This document shows, one piece after another, positions 26,401 to 36,541 of a DNA stretch of 64,000 bases. Each line of letters opens with the position of its first letter. Within the stretch, counting starts at the first letter, position 1. A program made the position numbers and the translations under genes. This DNA is from Balamuthia mandrillaris (lineage: Eukaryota). A model generated the notes under the pieces. It did no database searches. It saw only the letters and a list, made by a program, of their open reading frames with translations, and was not told the origin of the DNA. The stretch lies in the NCBI GenBank assembly GCA_031835245.2, contig JAVKOQ020000018.1:1-64000 (forward strand), in the 5' to 3' direction.

Positions 26401-27387
26401 TTTCTCTCGTTCTTCCTGTTTCGTCTTTTCCCCTCTCCCTCTCTCTCCTCCTCCTATAGTAGCCTTTCAGCCTTGTTAACCGAGTATGATAGTTGTTGGT
26501 TGTCTTAGATAACAAACAGTTTCTACAATTCTTGCGGGAGGCTGAGATCATGGAGTATGCCATCTCCTTTTAAAACTTTTCTATTACCATTTTTTTAATT
26601 TTTATTTTTTAAATACAAGGCATGTGTCGAACCATCCCAATGTAGCCCACTTCTGCGGTGTGACCTCCACAAAGCCCCATTACTGTATTGTTGGAGAGTT
26701 CTATGAACACGGCAGCATGGTTGACTATCTACGAAACAATCCAAATGCCCCTCTCAACGTGGTTGTGTCGATGGCGAGGGATGCTGCTGCGGGAGTTCTT
26801 CATCTTCACAAAGAAGATATCATTCACCGGTACTCATTTTGTTTAATTTTTTTGTTTGCTATTTGTGTGTGTGCGTGCGTGCATGCGTGCGTGTGCGCGC
26901 ACAGTGCTATCAATGCTGATTTATTACCTTAACGAAAAACAGTGATTTGGCAGCAAGAAATCTGTTAGTATGCTCGAACTTGCACGTACATGTTAGCGAT
27001 TTCGGATTAGCGCGCACCAAACAACGGGTAAACGCGCAAACGAACGGCAACTTGGGTGCAGTCAAGTGGATGGCTCCGGAGGCCATCACCCACCGCCACT
27101 TCAGCGAGAAGAGCGACAGTTGGAGCTTTGGCGTTGTACTTTGGGAGATGGTGACGGGCGGCAAAGAGCCCTACCAAGACAAGGAGATCCTTGATGTGGC
27201 TTTGGGAGTGTCGAGCGGGGCCCTCCGCTTGGAGATACCAGAGGAATGCCCCAAACCGCTGAGAAGGCTCATCAAGAAGTGTTTACAACATGATCCGCAG
27301 CAACGACCATCCTTTGAGGAGATATGGGGGCAGCTTGATGAGTTTCTTCGGTTTCTTGAGGGGACCACTAATTCTTCATCTTCTTGA
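22439..27387 (+). CDS. DEP-domain protein kinase (TKL/tyrosine-kinase type), multi-exon
   Basis: DEP: GSEMVDWL..REESVELASKL..KPFRDGKFYYRF. Kinase: GYGAFGVVY, VAVKK, HR|DLAARN, DFG, KWMAPE, SDSWSFGVVLWEM. Confidence 0.88.
23802..23995 (+). repeat. (CCTCT)n intronic microsatellite
   Basis: Seen directly. Confidence 0.95.
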
Positions 27388-27565
27388 ATAACTTCTCTCT
27401 CTCTCTCTCTCTCCCATGTGTAAAAGATAAGTAAGCTAAGACGTATCAGTTGCTCTTTTTGTTTGTTTTATATCATCACACCACCACCAATAATAGAATA
27501 TTTATTCTTCTCTTTACCACCATTTATAATATTTATTTATTATTTTTATTTATTAAATAGACATT

Positions 27566-29341
27566 ATGGCGGAGAGGAGAAAAAGAAAGGCAGGGGCCGA
27601 GGAAGAAGGCGACGACAACAAGAAGGCAGTTCGTCCTTTTAAGAAGCACCACCAGGAAACAACTGCCGCAGCAGTTCAGCACAAGGAGACGGGCAGAGGA
27701 GAATGGGACAACCGCTGGGCTGAACTTTTACCAGAAGAGTTATTGTGGCTAGTATTGGCAACACTTGAACGACAGTACTGGGCGATTGCGGCAATGACCT
27801 GTCACCGATGGTACGAAAGCGTTTCATACTTGAGCCGTCAAGTGCCAGTATGGAAGCGTCGTTGGGCAAGCGCAGCAAGTGTCTCGGTCTCTTTGTTGCG
27901 TTGGGCGAAAGCGGAAGGCTATCCCATCAAGGACCGTCGTATATGCAGCAATGCGGCCGTGCAAGGGAGGTTGGATGTGCTTCAAGTGGCACGGCTGGGG
28001 GAAGGTTCTGACTGGGATGAACATACCTGTAGCAACGCCGCGCTGAGTGGACATCAGGAAGTGCTACAATGGGCCAGAGCGAATGGATGTCCCTGGGATG
28101 AAAAAACGTGCAGCAGCGCGGCGCTTGCAGGCCACTTGGACGTATTGCAATGGGCCACAGCGAACGGGTGTGCTTGGGATGAAAAGACGTGCAGCAGTGC
28201 AGCCTATGGTGGCCATTTGGAGGTACTTCAGTGGGCCAGAGCAAAGGGGTGCCCCTGGGACGGGTGGACCTGCAGGAACGCACTCGCAGGAGGCCATTTG
28301 CAAGTATTGCAGTGGGCGACTGACCAGGGCTGCGAATGGTTCGAAGAGGACTGGTCTTCGCTATGTACCAGGGCAGCCTTTTTGGGCCATCTGCAGATGC
28401 TACAGTGGGCTAGAGAGCGAGGTTGTGAATGGAACGAGGATACTTGCGCTGCAGCCGCTGACAGAGGACAATTAGAAACGTTACAGTGGCTACACGCAAA
28501 CGGTTGTCCTTGGGATGAAAGAACCTGCACCAAAGCAGCCTTTTCTGGGCATTTTGCCCTGCTGCGTTGGGCTCGGGAACACGGCTGCCCCTGGAATGAA
28601 GATGTATGCTGCTACTCGGCCAATCGTTTGGAGATACTGCAATGGGCCAGAGCGAATGGTTGTCCCTGGGATGCAAGGACTTGCAAAACAGCCGCCGCAA
28701 CCAACTTCGAGGCCCTACAGTGGGCCCGTGAAAACGGGTGTGATTGGGATGAAGCCACTTGCAGTTCTGCTGCGTCCAGAGGAAACTTGAAAGCGTTACA
28801 ATGGGCTCGAGAGAACGGATGTCCTTGGAATGAAGGGGCTTGCAACGCAGCAGCGAGCGGCGGTCATTTAAAACTACTACAGTGGGCCAGGCAGCATGGT
28901 TGTCCTTGGAGTGAGAAGACGTGCAGCAGCGCAGCGTATGGTGGCCATTTGGAAGTACTTCAATGGCTCCGAGAGCACGGGTGTCCTTGGGACCACACCA
29001 CATGCTCAGAAGCAGCCGCTGGCGGCCACTTGGCCCTCTTACATTGGGCCAGAGAGAATGAATGCCCATGGACCGCCGATACGTGCACAAGAGCTGCCTC
29101 AAGAGGACATCTGGCGGTGTTGCAGTGGGCTCGACAAAATGGATGTGCGTGGAATGTTGAAACATGTGAAGCAGCCGCTTGGAGCTTACGTTTAGAGGTG
29201 CTGCAGTGGGTCATCAGACAAAAGGGGTGCCCCTGGAGCATCAACGACTGCATTCGCTGGGCAAAACGATGGAACTCTCAGAAGGTGTTGGAGTGGAGCA
29301 GGAAAGAAGCTAGCCCCTCCTCACACTGTAAATTGTTCTGA
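27566..29341 (+). CDS. Intronless F-box + ankyrin-like 'WARxxGCPW' repeat protein
   Basis: F-box-like LLPEELLWLVL..AMTCHRW followed by about 17-18 ~25-aa repeats of consensus TCSSAAxGGHLEVLQWARxNGCPWDE. Confidence 0.9.
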   Translation: MAERRKRKAGAEEEGDDNKKAVRPFKKHHQETTAAAVQHKETGRGEWDNRWAELLPEELLWLVLATLERQYWAIAAMTCHRWYESVSYLSRQVPVWKRRWASAASVSVSLLRWAKAEGYPIKDRRICSNAAVQGRLDVLQVARLGEGSDWDEHTCSNAALSGHQEVLQWARANGCPWDEKTCSSAALAGHLDVLQWATANGCAWDEKTCSSAAYGGHLEVLQWARAKGCPWDGWTCRNALAGGHLQVLQWATDQGCEWFEEDWSSLCTRAAFLGHLQMLQWARERGCEWNEDTCAAAADRGQLETLQWLHANGCPWDERTCTKAAFSGHFALLRWAREHGCPWNEDVCCYSANRLEILQWARANGCPWDARTCKTAAATNFEALQWARENGCDWDEATCSSAASRGNLKALQWARENGCPWNEGACNAAASGGHLKLLQWARQHGCPWSEKTCSSAAYGGHLEVLQWLREHGCPWDHTTCSEAAAGGHLALLHWARENECPWTADTCTRAASRGHLAVLQWARQNGCAWNVETCEAAAWSLRLEVLQWVIRQKGCPWSINDCIRWAKRWNSQKVLEWSRKEASPSSHCKLF

Positions 29342-29391
29342 ATGTGAGCCTTTGCCCTAATTTATATCTCAACTGTGCAGACAAACCCAAA

Positions 29392-31169
29392 CTAAAAGTC
29401 ATCATCAACACTCTCTTGGTCCTTGAGAATAGTCAAAATCTTAGACAACTTCCGTTGTGTTCTTTCCTCATAGTTGGTGAGCTTCCGTTCCAATTGTTCC
29501 AGGTGGTAGTTAAGGACAGCTTCCCTTTGCGTAACGTTGTGCATTGTTGGTGCCACCTTCTCCCCAGAAAAGATCGCAGAACCAGCGCGAGGCATTAGAA
29601 ATTGGAAAGAAGGGTTTCGGTGATGACGTGCATTATGGCTCTTGCGCTGGGAACTTGAAGCAGCTCCTGCGCCACCTCTACTTCTCCTTTTCTCCTCTCC
29701 TTCCTTTTGGTTTACCGCTTCCTCGTTTTTAAGGTAGCGTCCTTCTGCCTCTTCCACTTGGTCTGTAAAAGATGTTCTCTCTCTTCTTTCTAGCAGCTCC
29801 GTGCCAACATCCGATTGCCAAAGCATCAGAGAGTTCCTTCTTCGGATAGCTGGGGGAGGTGGAATCGGCACAAATGATGCCCTCGATTTAGTTGTGGCCA
29901 TTTCCTCCATTTCCATATCGCTATCATCGCTGGTAAAGTCATGTTCTTCTGTGTGAGTGATCAACTTTGATTTTCGCACTAGCCTCTTGAATCTTTCTCC
30001 CTGTTATGTGGATATTAAAAACCACTCTCCTGAAAGAAAAACCAATGGAAGCACAAGATGATGAAGAATATGAAGCGAGTACCTTGACAGGGTCATTAGT
30101 GTAAGAAAGAATGAGTTGAGCAACGTTGAGCAGATATTCCAAAGTGGCCCGGTCGATAACCTTTACATAAGATTCACTCAACAAGGCAATCAAAAGATTG
30201 AGCAGCATCGTGCCTGAGATAACAGTAAAACAGAGATAGAGTATGATAGCCCCAAAGTTTTGGTCTTTGGTGAGAGATCCATATGCTTGATCCTGAAGTG
30301 CAGTCTTCACCATAGCCCAATAAGTCGATCTGTAGTCCCATTCCTTAGACCCCAGCAATAGAAAAAGGGCTAGACTGAATGATATGAGAATGGCGAAGAA
30401 AACACAACCCCAAACCACTATGGCATTTATCATCTGTTGTGATGCAAGAAGGTGAGTATTGCAACAAAACTTATTCGGAAGAACAATGCAAGACTTAAAA
30501 AAGGCTGAATGCTTACTCTACTGATAACACGCAACAACACTCCTATGTCGTGATGTATTCGCAAGTACTTAAACAGTCTCAGCCAGCCTAACACAAATAC
30601 TGCACCATTACAACTTACATTAATCTCTTCAGGAGAGAGGAAAGAGGATAGAGGAGAGGACAGTGAGTACTCACTGAAAGATATAATCAACAATTGATAA
30701 CCACGATAACGGGCTAGACGGTTGAAACTGACATATTGAGTGTCATCAGCCTCCCAATCGATGCTCGCCACAATTCCAATCTCAATAAAACGGAATATCC
30801 CTAGCACAAGGAAGCACTATATATGTATACAACAACGTTTTAATAGAGTTAATGGTGAAAGGCAATCAAAGACATAGAGGAACCAACCAAGAAAAAGGAA
30901 TAATCCAAAAGCTGCCAACCGGTAATGTTCTGAAAGTAGCGTTTTTTCTGTTTCCACAACTAAACAAGATAAAGATGAGAGAGCGTTTTTGAGGGGGGAA
31001 GAGAGAGAGAGAGAGAGAGAGAGAGAAAGTGGTGAAGCAGGGGTTCATTACTTTCTTGCATTCCAAAAACAGATAAAATAAGAACCAGATTGATAGGATG
31101 ATCTCAAAGGTTAACTCAACCCAATCGCCCACTGCCACATATCTAAGATGTGTTGAGCTGACATTAGGA

Positions 31170-31203
<34 letters not shown>

Positions 31204-32794
31204 AAACCTGAACAACTTTATAGTCAAGAAATCGGATGACGGATATACAATACCGGAACGAGGCATATCCCACGTTAATCGTATCACACAAAATAAATTG
31301 ATATTTGGATTGTAGACTTGGAAAAGAAAAAAGAGGTAAGCAAATAAGTGCAGGAAGACGAGAAGCAGAATTGTGAATCGTAGTACTTGCAAACTCAAGA
31401 AATACGCCTCTGGTTTGTTCATCGATCCAATTGTTGTTGATAAGTTCTTGAATTTTGTCGTAGGTAGCATTTGCATCCCGCGTGTCCAACGTAACTTTAT
31501 AACCTCCTCTCTCTGGAAACAATTCTTCTAAAGCGCTGATGAACGCTCCGCTATCGGATGGGCTTTCATATGTCCACCTAATAGTTTGTTTGAAAAGATG
31601 AAGAGAAGAAGAATAAGGAAGAAATAGTAATGCAAAGCTAACTAATCGATAAGGTACCCTTCGCCTTGCCCAGGACCAAAAGAGCCTTGCTCTTCTCCTT
31701 CTTCTCTACTGTATGCTCCATAACACTCACCGTTACGTGCCAAGTATTGGTAGTCATCCGTCGCAAGACTGCAGGAACCAGGCTCCACTCTGAACTGCCT
31801 CAATTGCATTTTGTTCGTTACCACTCTATTATAGTTCATTATGAAGGATGTCTCTGGAACAAAAAAGTTGAGCCACAGTGGACCTGTTATCCACTAATGT
31901 AGTTGATGTTAACGAAAGAAATGTTGTGTTAGAAGGCGAAGAAAAGATGGAGAAAGAGGAGAAAACAACGCAACTGCCCATATTTCTGATGTTTGATCGA
32001 TGCCAGCAAAGTATTTACGGAAAAAACCCGGTGAACCCGTTCTGCTGTCCAGAGGGTGGTCTATCAGAAACTCTTCGCCCACTGTTCTCACTGTTTTTTT
32101 TAAAATCATGTTTGGGAGAGAAAATGCCGCTTCAGAGTTAGTTTGCAAAAGAAAGTGATTTACGAAGTGGTACCACAAACCACGTATAGAACTCTCAAAG
32201 TAATATGCTTCTGTGTGCATGTCTGTGTTCGTCAACAACATTACTAATAACATTTAAAAAGTGTTGTGTTAGCGAGCCAAATGAAATGCAGAGCGATGAA
32301 TAAACTACATACAAACGGTCAAGAGGATAAGAAACAAAAAATAAGCAAAAAAGCTTAACCAGAACTGCGTTTTGGGATGCGTGAGCATGTGCCACCAGTT
32401 CTGAGTCCACCATGTGTAACTGAACTTCATGTTAAGGCGCCAAATTGTTTTTAGCTCTTGTTGTACTCGTTTGTGCTTTATGTTGAGAAAGCGTCGAGTT
32501 AGAATCCAAACACAAAACAGGACTTAAAAACCTTTGAATGTCTGAACCTTTATAAAGGGTCTAAGATTTTTATCCACAATATAATACAATGGGGATGTTC
32601 CTGCTGACGTTCTGAGGATGACAGAAGGGCCAAAAAGAATGAAAAAGATAAGTGAATAAAAGAGAACAGATAACGGAAGCAGAACAACGAGAACCTTGCG
32701 AATTTAAGAGTAGCTTTACAATCAAGCAAATGGTTCGTTGTTTCAATTGCTTCTCTATGGTTTAAGTACAATAAATAAATGAATGGGTAAGAAA

Positions 32795-32836
<42 letters not shown>

Positions 32837-34887
32837 AGGAGGAGGGAGGGAGGGAGGGAGGGAGGGAGGGAGGGAGGGAGGGAGGGAGGGAGGGAGGGAG
32901 GGAGGGGAGGGAGGGAGGGAGGGAGGAGGGAGGAGGGAGGGAGGGAGGGAGGGAGGGAGGGAGGGAGGGAGGGAGGGAGGGAGGGAGGGAGGGAGGGAGG
33001 GAGGGAGGAGGAGGGAGGGAGGGAGGGAGGGAGGGAGGGAGGGAGGGAGGGAGGGAGGGAGGGGAGGAGGGAGGAGGGAGGGAGGGAGGGAGGGGAGGGA
33101 GGGAGGAGGGAGGGAGGGAGGGAGGGGAGGGAGGGAGGGAGGGAGGGAGGGAGGGAGGGAGGGAGGGAGGGAGGGAGGGAGGAGGGGGGAGGGAGGAGGG
33201 AGGGAGGGAGGAGGGGAGGGAGGGAGGGAGGGAGGGAGGGAGGGAGGGAGGGGAGGAGGGGAGGGAGGGAGGGAGGGAGGGAGGGAGGAGGGAGGGAGGG
33301 AGGGAGGGAGGGAGGGAGGGGGAGGGGGAGGGAGGGAGGGAGGGAGGAGGGAGGGAGGAGGGAGGGAGGGAGGAGGGAGGGAGGGAGGGAGGGAGGGAGA
33401 GAGAAGAACAAACCGATAAAACTTCTTGGCTTTTGCGAGATGATAAGGTTCCAATTCTTGAACAGCCTCCAACTTGGCACGACTTTGGTAATACGTTTCA
33501 AGCGACTTACAAAGAGGGGTCTCCTGAGTAGCGTTGAGAGGATCAACCAATGCGCCTTTCTTGATGAGATAACGTAATATTTTAGAAGCTCCGTATTTGG
33601 CCGCCATGTGCGTTGGTGTGGTCATCTTATATGTTCTCATGTTTACTGCAAACAAGAGTGTTAATATTATATTCCCTCTTGCTCTCTTCTCTTTCGCTCT
33701 TTCACTCGCTTGTTCATGTTTTGTCAAAAACAAAACGAACCGTCTTGTCGAGCATTGCTGATAAGAAAACGAATAAATCCGACATCGTCACATCGTTTAA
33801 CGGCGTAGAGAAGTGTTGCTCGTTTGCTTCGTTTGGTGACTGTATTATACGTCTCCCATTCCGGTGTCCCCTCCTATAGCAAAGAGAAAAGAGAAAGAGA
33901 GAAGAACAGAATATCATACCTCAGTAAACGCGAAAGGGAGTAAAAGAGAACTTAGTGGAGAGCAGGTACTGTTGGAATGCCGCTAATGTCGTAGTTGAAG
34001 TCGTGAAGTACTCTGGCAATCTCTGGCCCACATTTATTCTTTATTGCCAGACTCATTACTGTATGATACTATCATAGCAAGTAAGCGAAACACAAAACAG
34101 ACACACCGAATAACTAATGGTGATTAAAAGGTCACTTACATGCTGAATGTTGGGTAAGAAGCGGAATGGTCCATAGTCAACCAAGAGGTGAAAAAAGGAA
34201 ATGGTTAGCAAGACAAAGAGAAAGGAATAGAGGAAGACAGATCGTGCCGTTGCATACGTTCTAATGGTACTCAAAGGAAGAATGTGGTTAGCATAAGAAA
34301 AAACTACAAGAAGTGGGGATATTGTACATCTTCTGCGAGCAAATCCTCATCGTCGTACTCTTTGAAGGTGAGAATAGCTTCCAAGAGCTCGCTTCTGCCA
34401 AACTGGGCCGCTATGTGAAAGGCATTTCTTGATTCCTAACAAACGTTTCATTATTCAAAAGAGTGAAGAAAAAAGAAAAACGAAGAAAACTCTATTTACC
34501 ACTTTGGACAGGTAGGTGGTATCGTCACTCGCAACGTCTCTCTTACTTCTATTCTTTGTAATGAGAGAGCTACTGCTATTTGTGTTTGGTATCATGCCAT
34601 CGTCGTCTTCAAACACGTGCTCCAATGACTAAAAATAACATTGTAATGCTACTCCACATAAAAAGAAAGAAAAGAAGCGCAGACGCACAGAACAAGTAAA
34701 GAGAGAGAAAGAAAGAGAGGGACCTTGATTCTGGGATCCGCTTTCTTCTCCATAAGGTATTGAAGAATCTCTGGTTGGTCGTACTTGATAGCGTATTGCA
34801 ATGGTGTGTATGACATTGGAGAGTAGTTGTTCTTCGCTGTGTGCTATACGTTTATATATTTATACATTAACCTATCCTTTCTTTGGA

Positions 34888-34924
<37 letters not shown>

Positions 34925-35624
34925 CAAAAAGCAGATAGCCATGAAGCAAGAAAAGGAGGCAGGTAACCACGAAAGCAAAAGATAGAAAATAGGAAAGGAA
35001 AGAAGGAGAGAAGTGGAGAGAAGCGGAGGAGAGAGAGAGAGAGAGAAGCGATAGCGCGCGAAGCATACCTCTCCAGGCAAAAAACACTGAAGAGGAGAGA
35101 GAGGAATGAGAGCAAGGTAGAGAAAGCACGAAGGAAAGAGAACAGAGAAACAAACTCTTTGGTTGACGAGGGACTTGTCTTTAGCATTGTCCAACAAGTT
35201 CTGCACGTCGTCAAGGTTGCCTTCCCTCACCGCAAGACAAAGGTAGTAGATGGGCGTGTCCTCCAGGCTCGGTTGTCTCAGCAACACCCGCTGCTTCTTG
35301 ACGTTGGAGGAGAGGAGCCTCCGCTTGCTGACGCTGCTGCGGCGGCTCCATCGTTGCCTCGATCCGTTCCCATGGCCGGAGAGGGCGTATCCTTCCTTGA
35401 TCAAGTCGCCCCCTCTCGTTCGTTCCTTTTTGTTGTCTATCTCTTTTTCTTTCCGTTTTGGTTCTCCTCCTTTGGCCTTCTTCTTTGCCCGCTTCTGTTG
35501 TTGTGAGGGCTCCGTTTGTTCTTCTGGTTCTTGCGTTGTTGCAGTTGTTGCTGTTGCCGTTACGGCTGTAACGTCCTCTTCTTCTTCATCTTGAAAAACA
35601 AAATATGATGATGACGAAGAACCC

Positions 35625-35659
<35 letters not shown>

Positions 35660-36004
35660 AGGGGTTGAAAGCATAGAAGAGATAATGAGGAACGAACCAT
35701 CACTGCTGGTGGCGTGGTGAACAAACGTTGCTGTATCCTCAGCCTGCGTTTCCTGCTTCCGATCGGTGGTCTCCTCGAAGGAAAGTTGTGTTGTTGTCTC
35801 TTCGCCGTCGCTGGAAGAAGATGAAGATGATGAAGAAGACTCGTCGGTATAAGTCAACGGCTGGCCATAGGCAGCTGCAGGAACCAGGCCTCCTCCTCCT
35901 CGCCGAGCAACCTCAGCGTGGGGTTCGTCTCCGTCATCGGTGTCACTGCTGCTGCTGCTGCTACTTCCGCTGCTGCTGTGAACAGAAGAAGCTCCTCTTC
36001 TCAT
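29392..36004 (-). CDS. Polycystin-2/TRPP-type cation channel with N-terminal ankyrin repeats, multi-exon
   Basis: ANK-type exons (YTPLQYAIKYDQPEILQYL, NAFHIAAQFG, TPTHMAAKYG..QETPL). TOP-domain motifs LRQFRVEPGSC and NNWIDEQTRGVFLEF..YNPNINLF. Channel motifs WLRLFKYLR and LLNLLIALLSESY. Confidence 0.85.
32829..33399 (+). repeat. ~570-bp imperfect (GGGA)n homopurine tract in an intron
   Basis: Seen directly; flanked by (GA)n. Confidence 0.95.
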
Positions 36005-36176
36005 AATGTTCGGGTTTTAAAGAGCCCCAACGGAAGCAGAAGAAGAAAGAAAGGAGGGCCTTGTTCCCCCCCCCTCGAATTGTCTCTTCATGTGCCTCAA
36101 GGAAGTGGCGGGTGGTTGGTGGTTGGTTGCGGTGGAATCGCGAATTACACATTTAATTCTGGAGGCCCTTCATTAC

Positions 36177-36402
36177 TCTTCTTCTTGTTGTTCTTGTTGT
36201 TCCTCTTGTTCTTGTTCTTGTTCTTCTTGTTCTTCTTGTTCTTCTTCTTCTTGTTCTTGTTCTTCTTCTTCTTCTTCTTTGTCCTTCTTCTTGTTCTTCT
36301 TTGTTCGTCTTCATATTCTTCTCCTTCTCCTTCTCCTTCTCCTTCTCCTTCTCCTTCTCCTTCTCCTTCTCCTTCTCCTTCTCCTTCTCCTTCTCCTTCT
36401 CC
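36177..36402 (+). repeat. (TTC/TTG)n and (CCTTCT)n intergenic microsatellite
   Basis: Seen directly. Confidence 0.9.
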
Positions 36403-36541
36403 TGCAATGTTGGTGAGTAGGGTTCAACCCTGGCCATGATAGAATGCTACTCCTGCCTAGTTCTCCTCCGGAGTCATGCAGCTGCGTCTCCTCCTTGATG
36501 CCACCACTCCCTCCCATAAGGGAAGCATAGAGGCTGAATGG

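Noticed and set aside
27950..29200. Regular ~75-bp periodicity suggesting a CRISPR-like array
   Set aside because: It is the coding repeat of the ankyrin-like protein, with synonymous variation and no repeat-spacer structure; no cas genes.
32755..33733. Long Pro/Ser/Leu- and Gly/Arg/Glu-rich ORFs
   Set aside because: Read-through of the intronic GGGA tract; the same applies to ORFs over 23800-24000, 36150-36440, 39360-39970 and 57700-58400.
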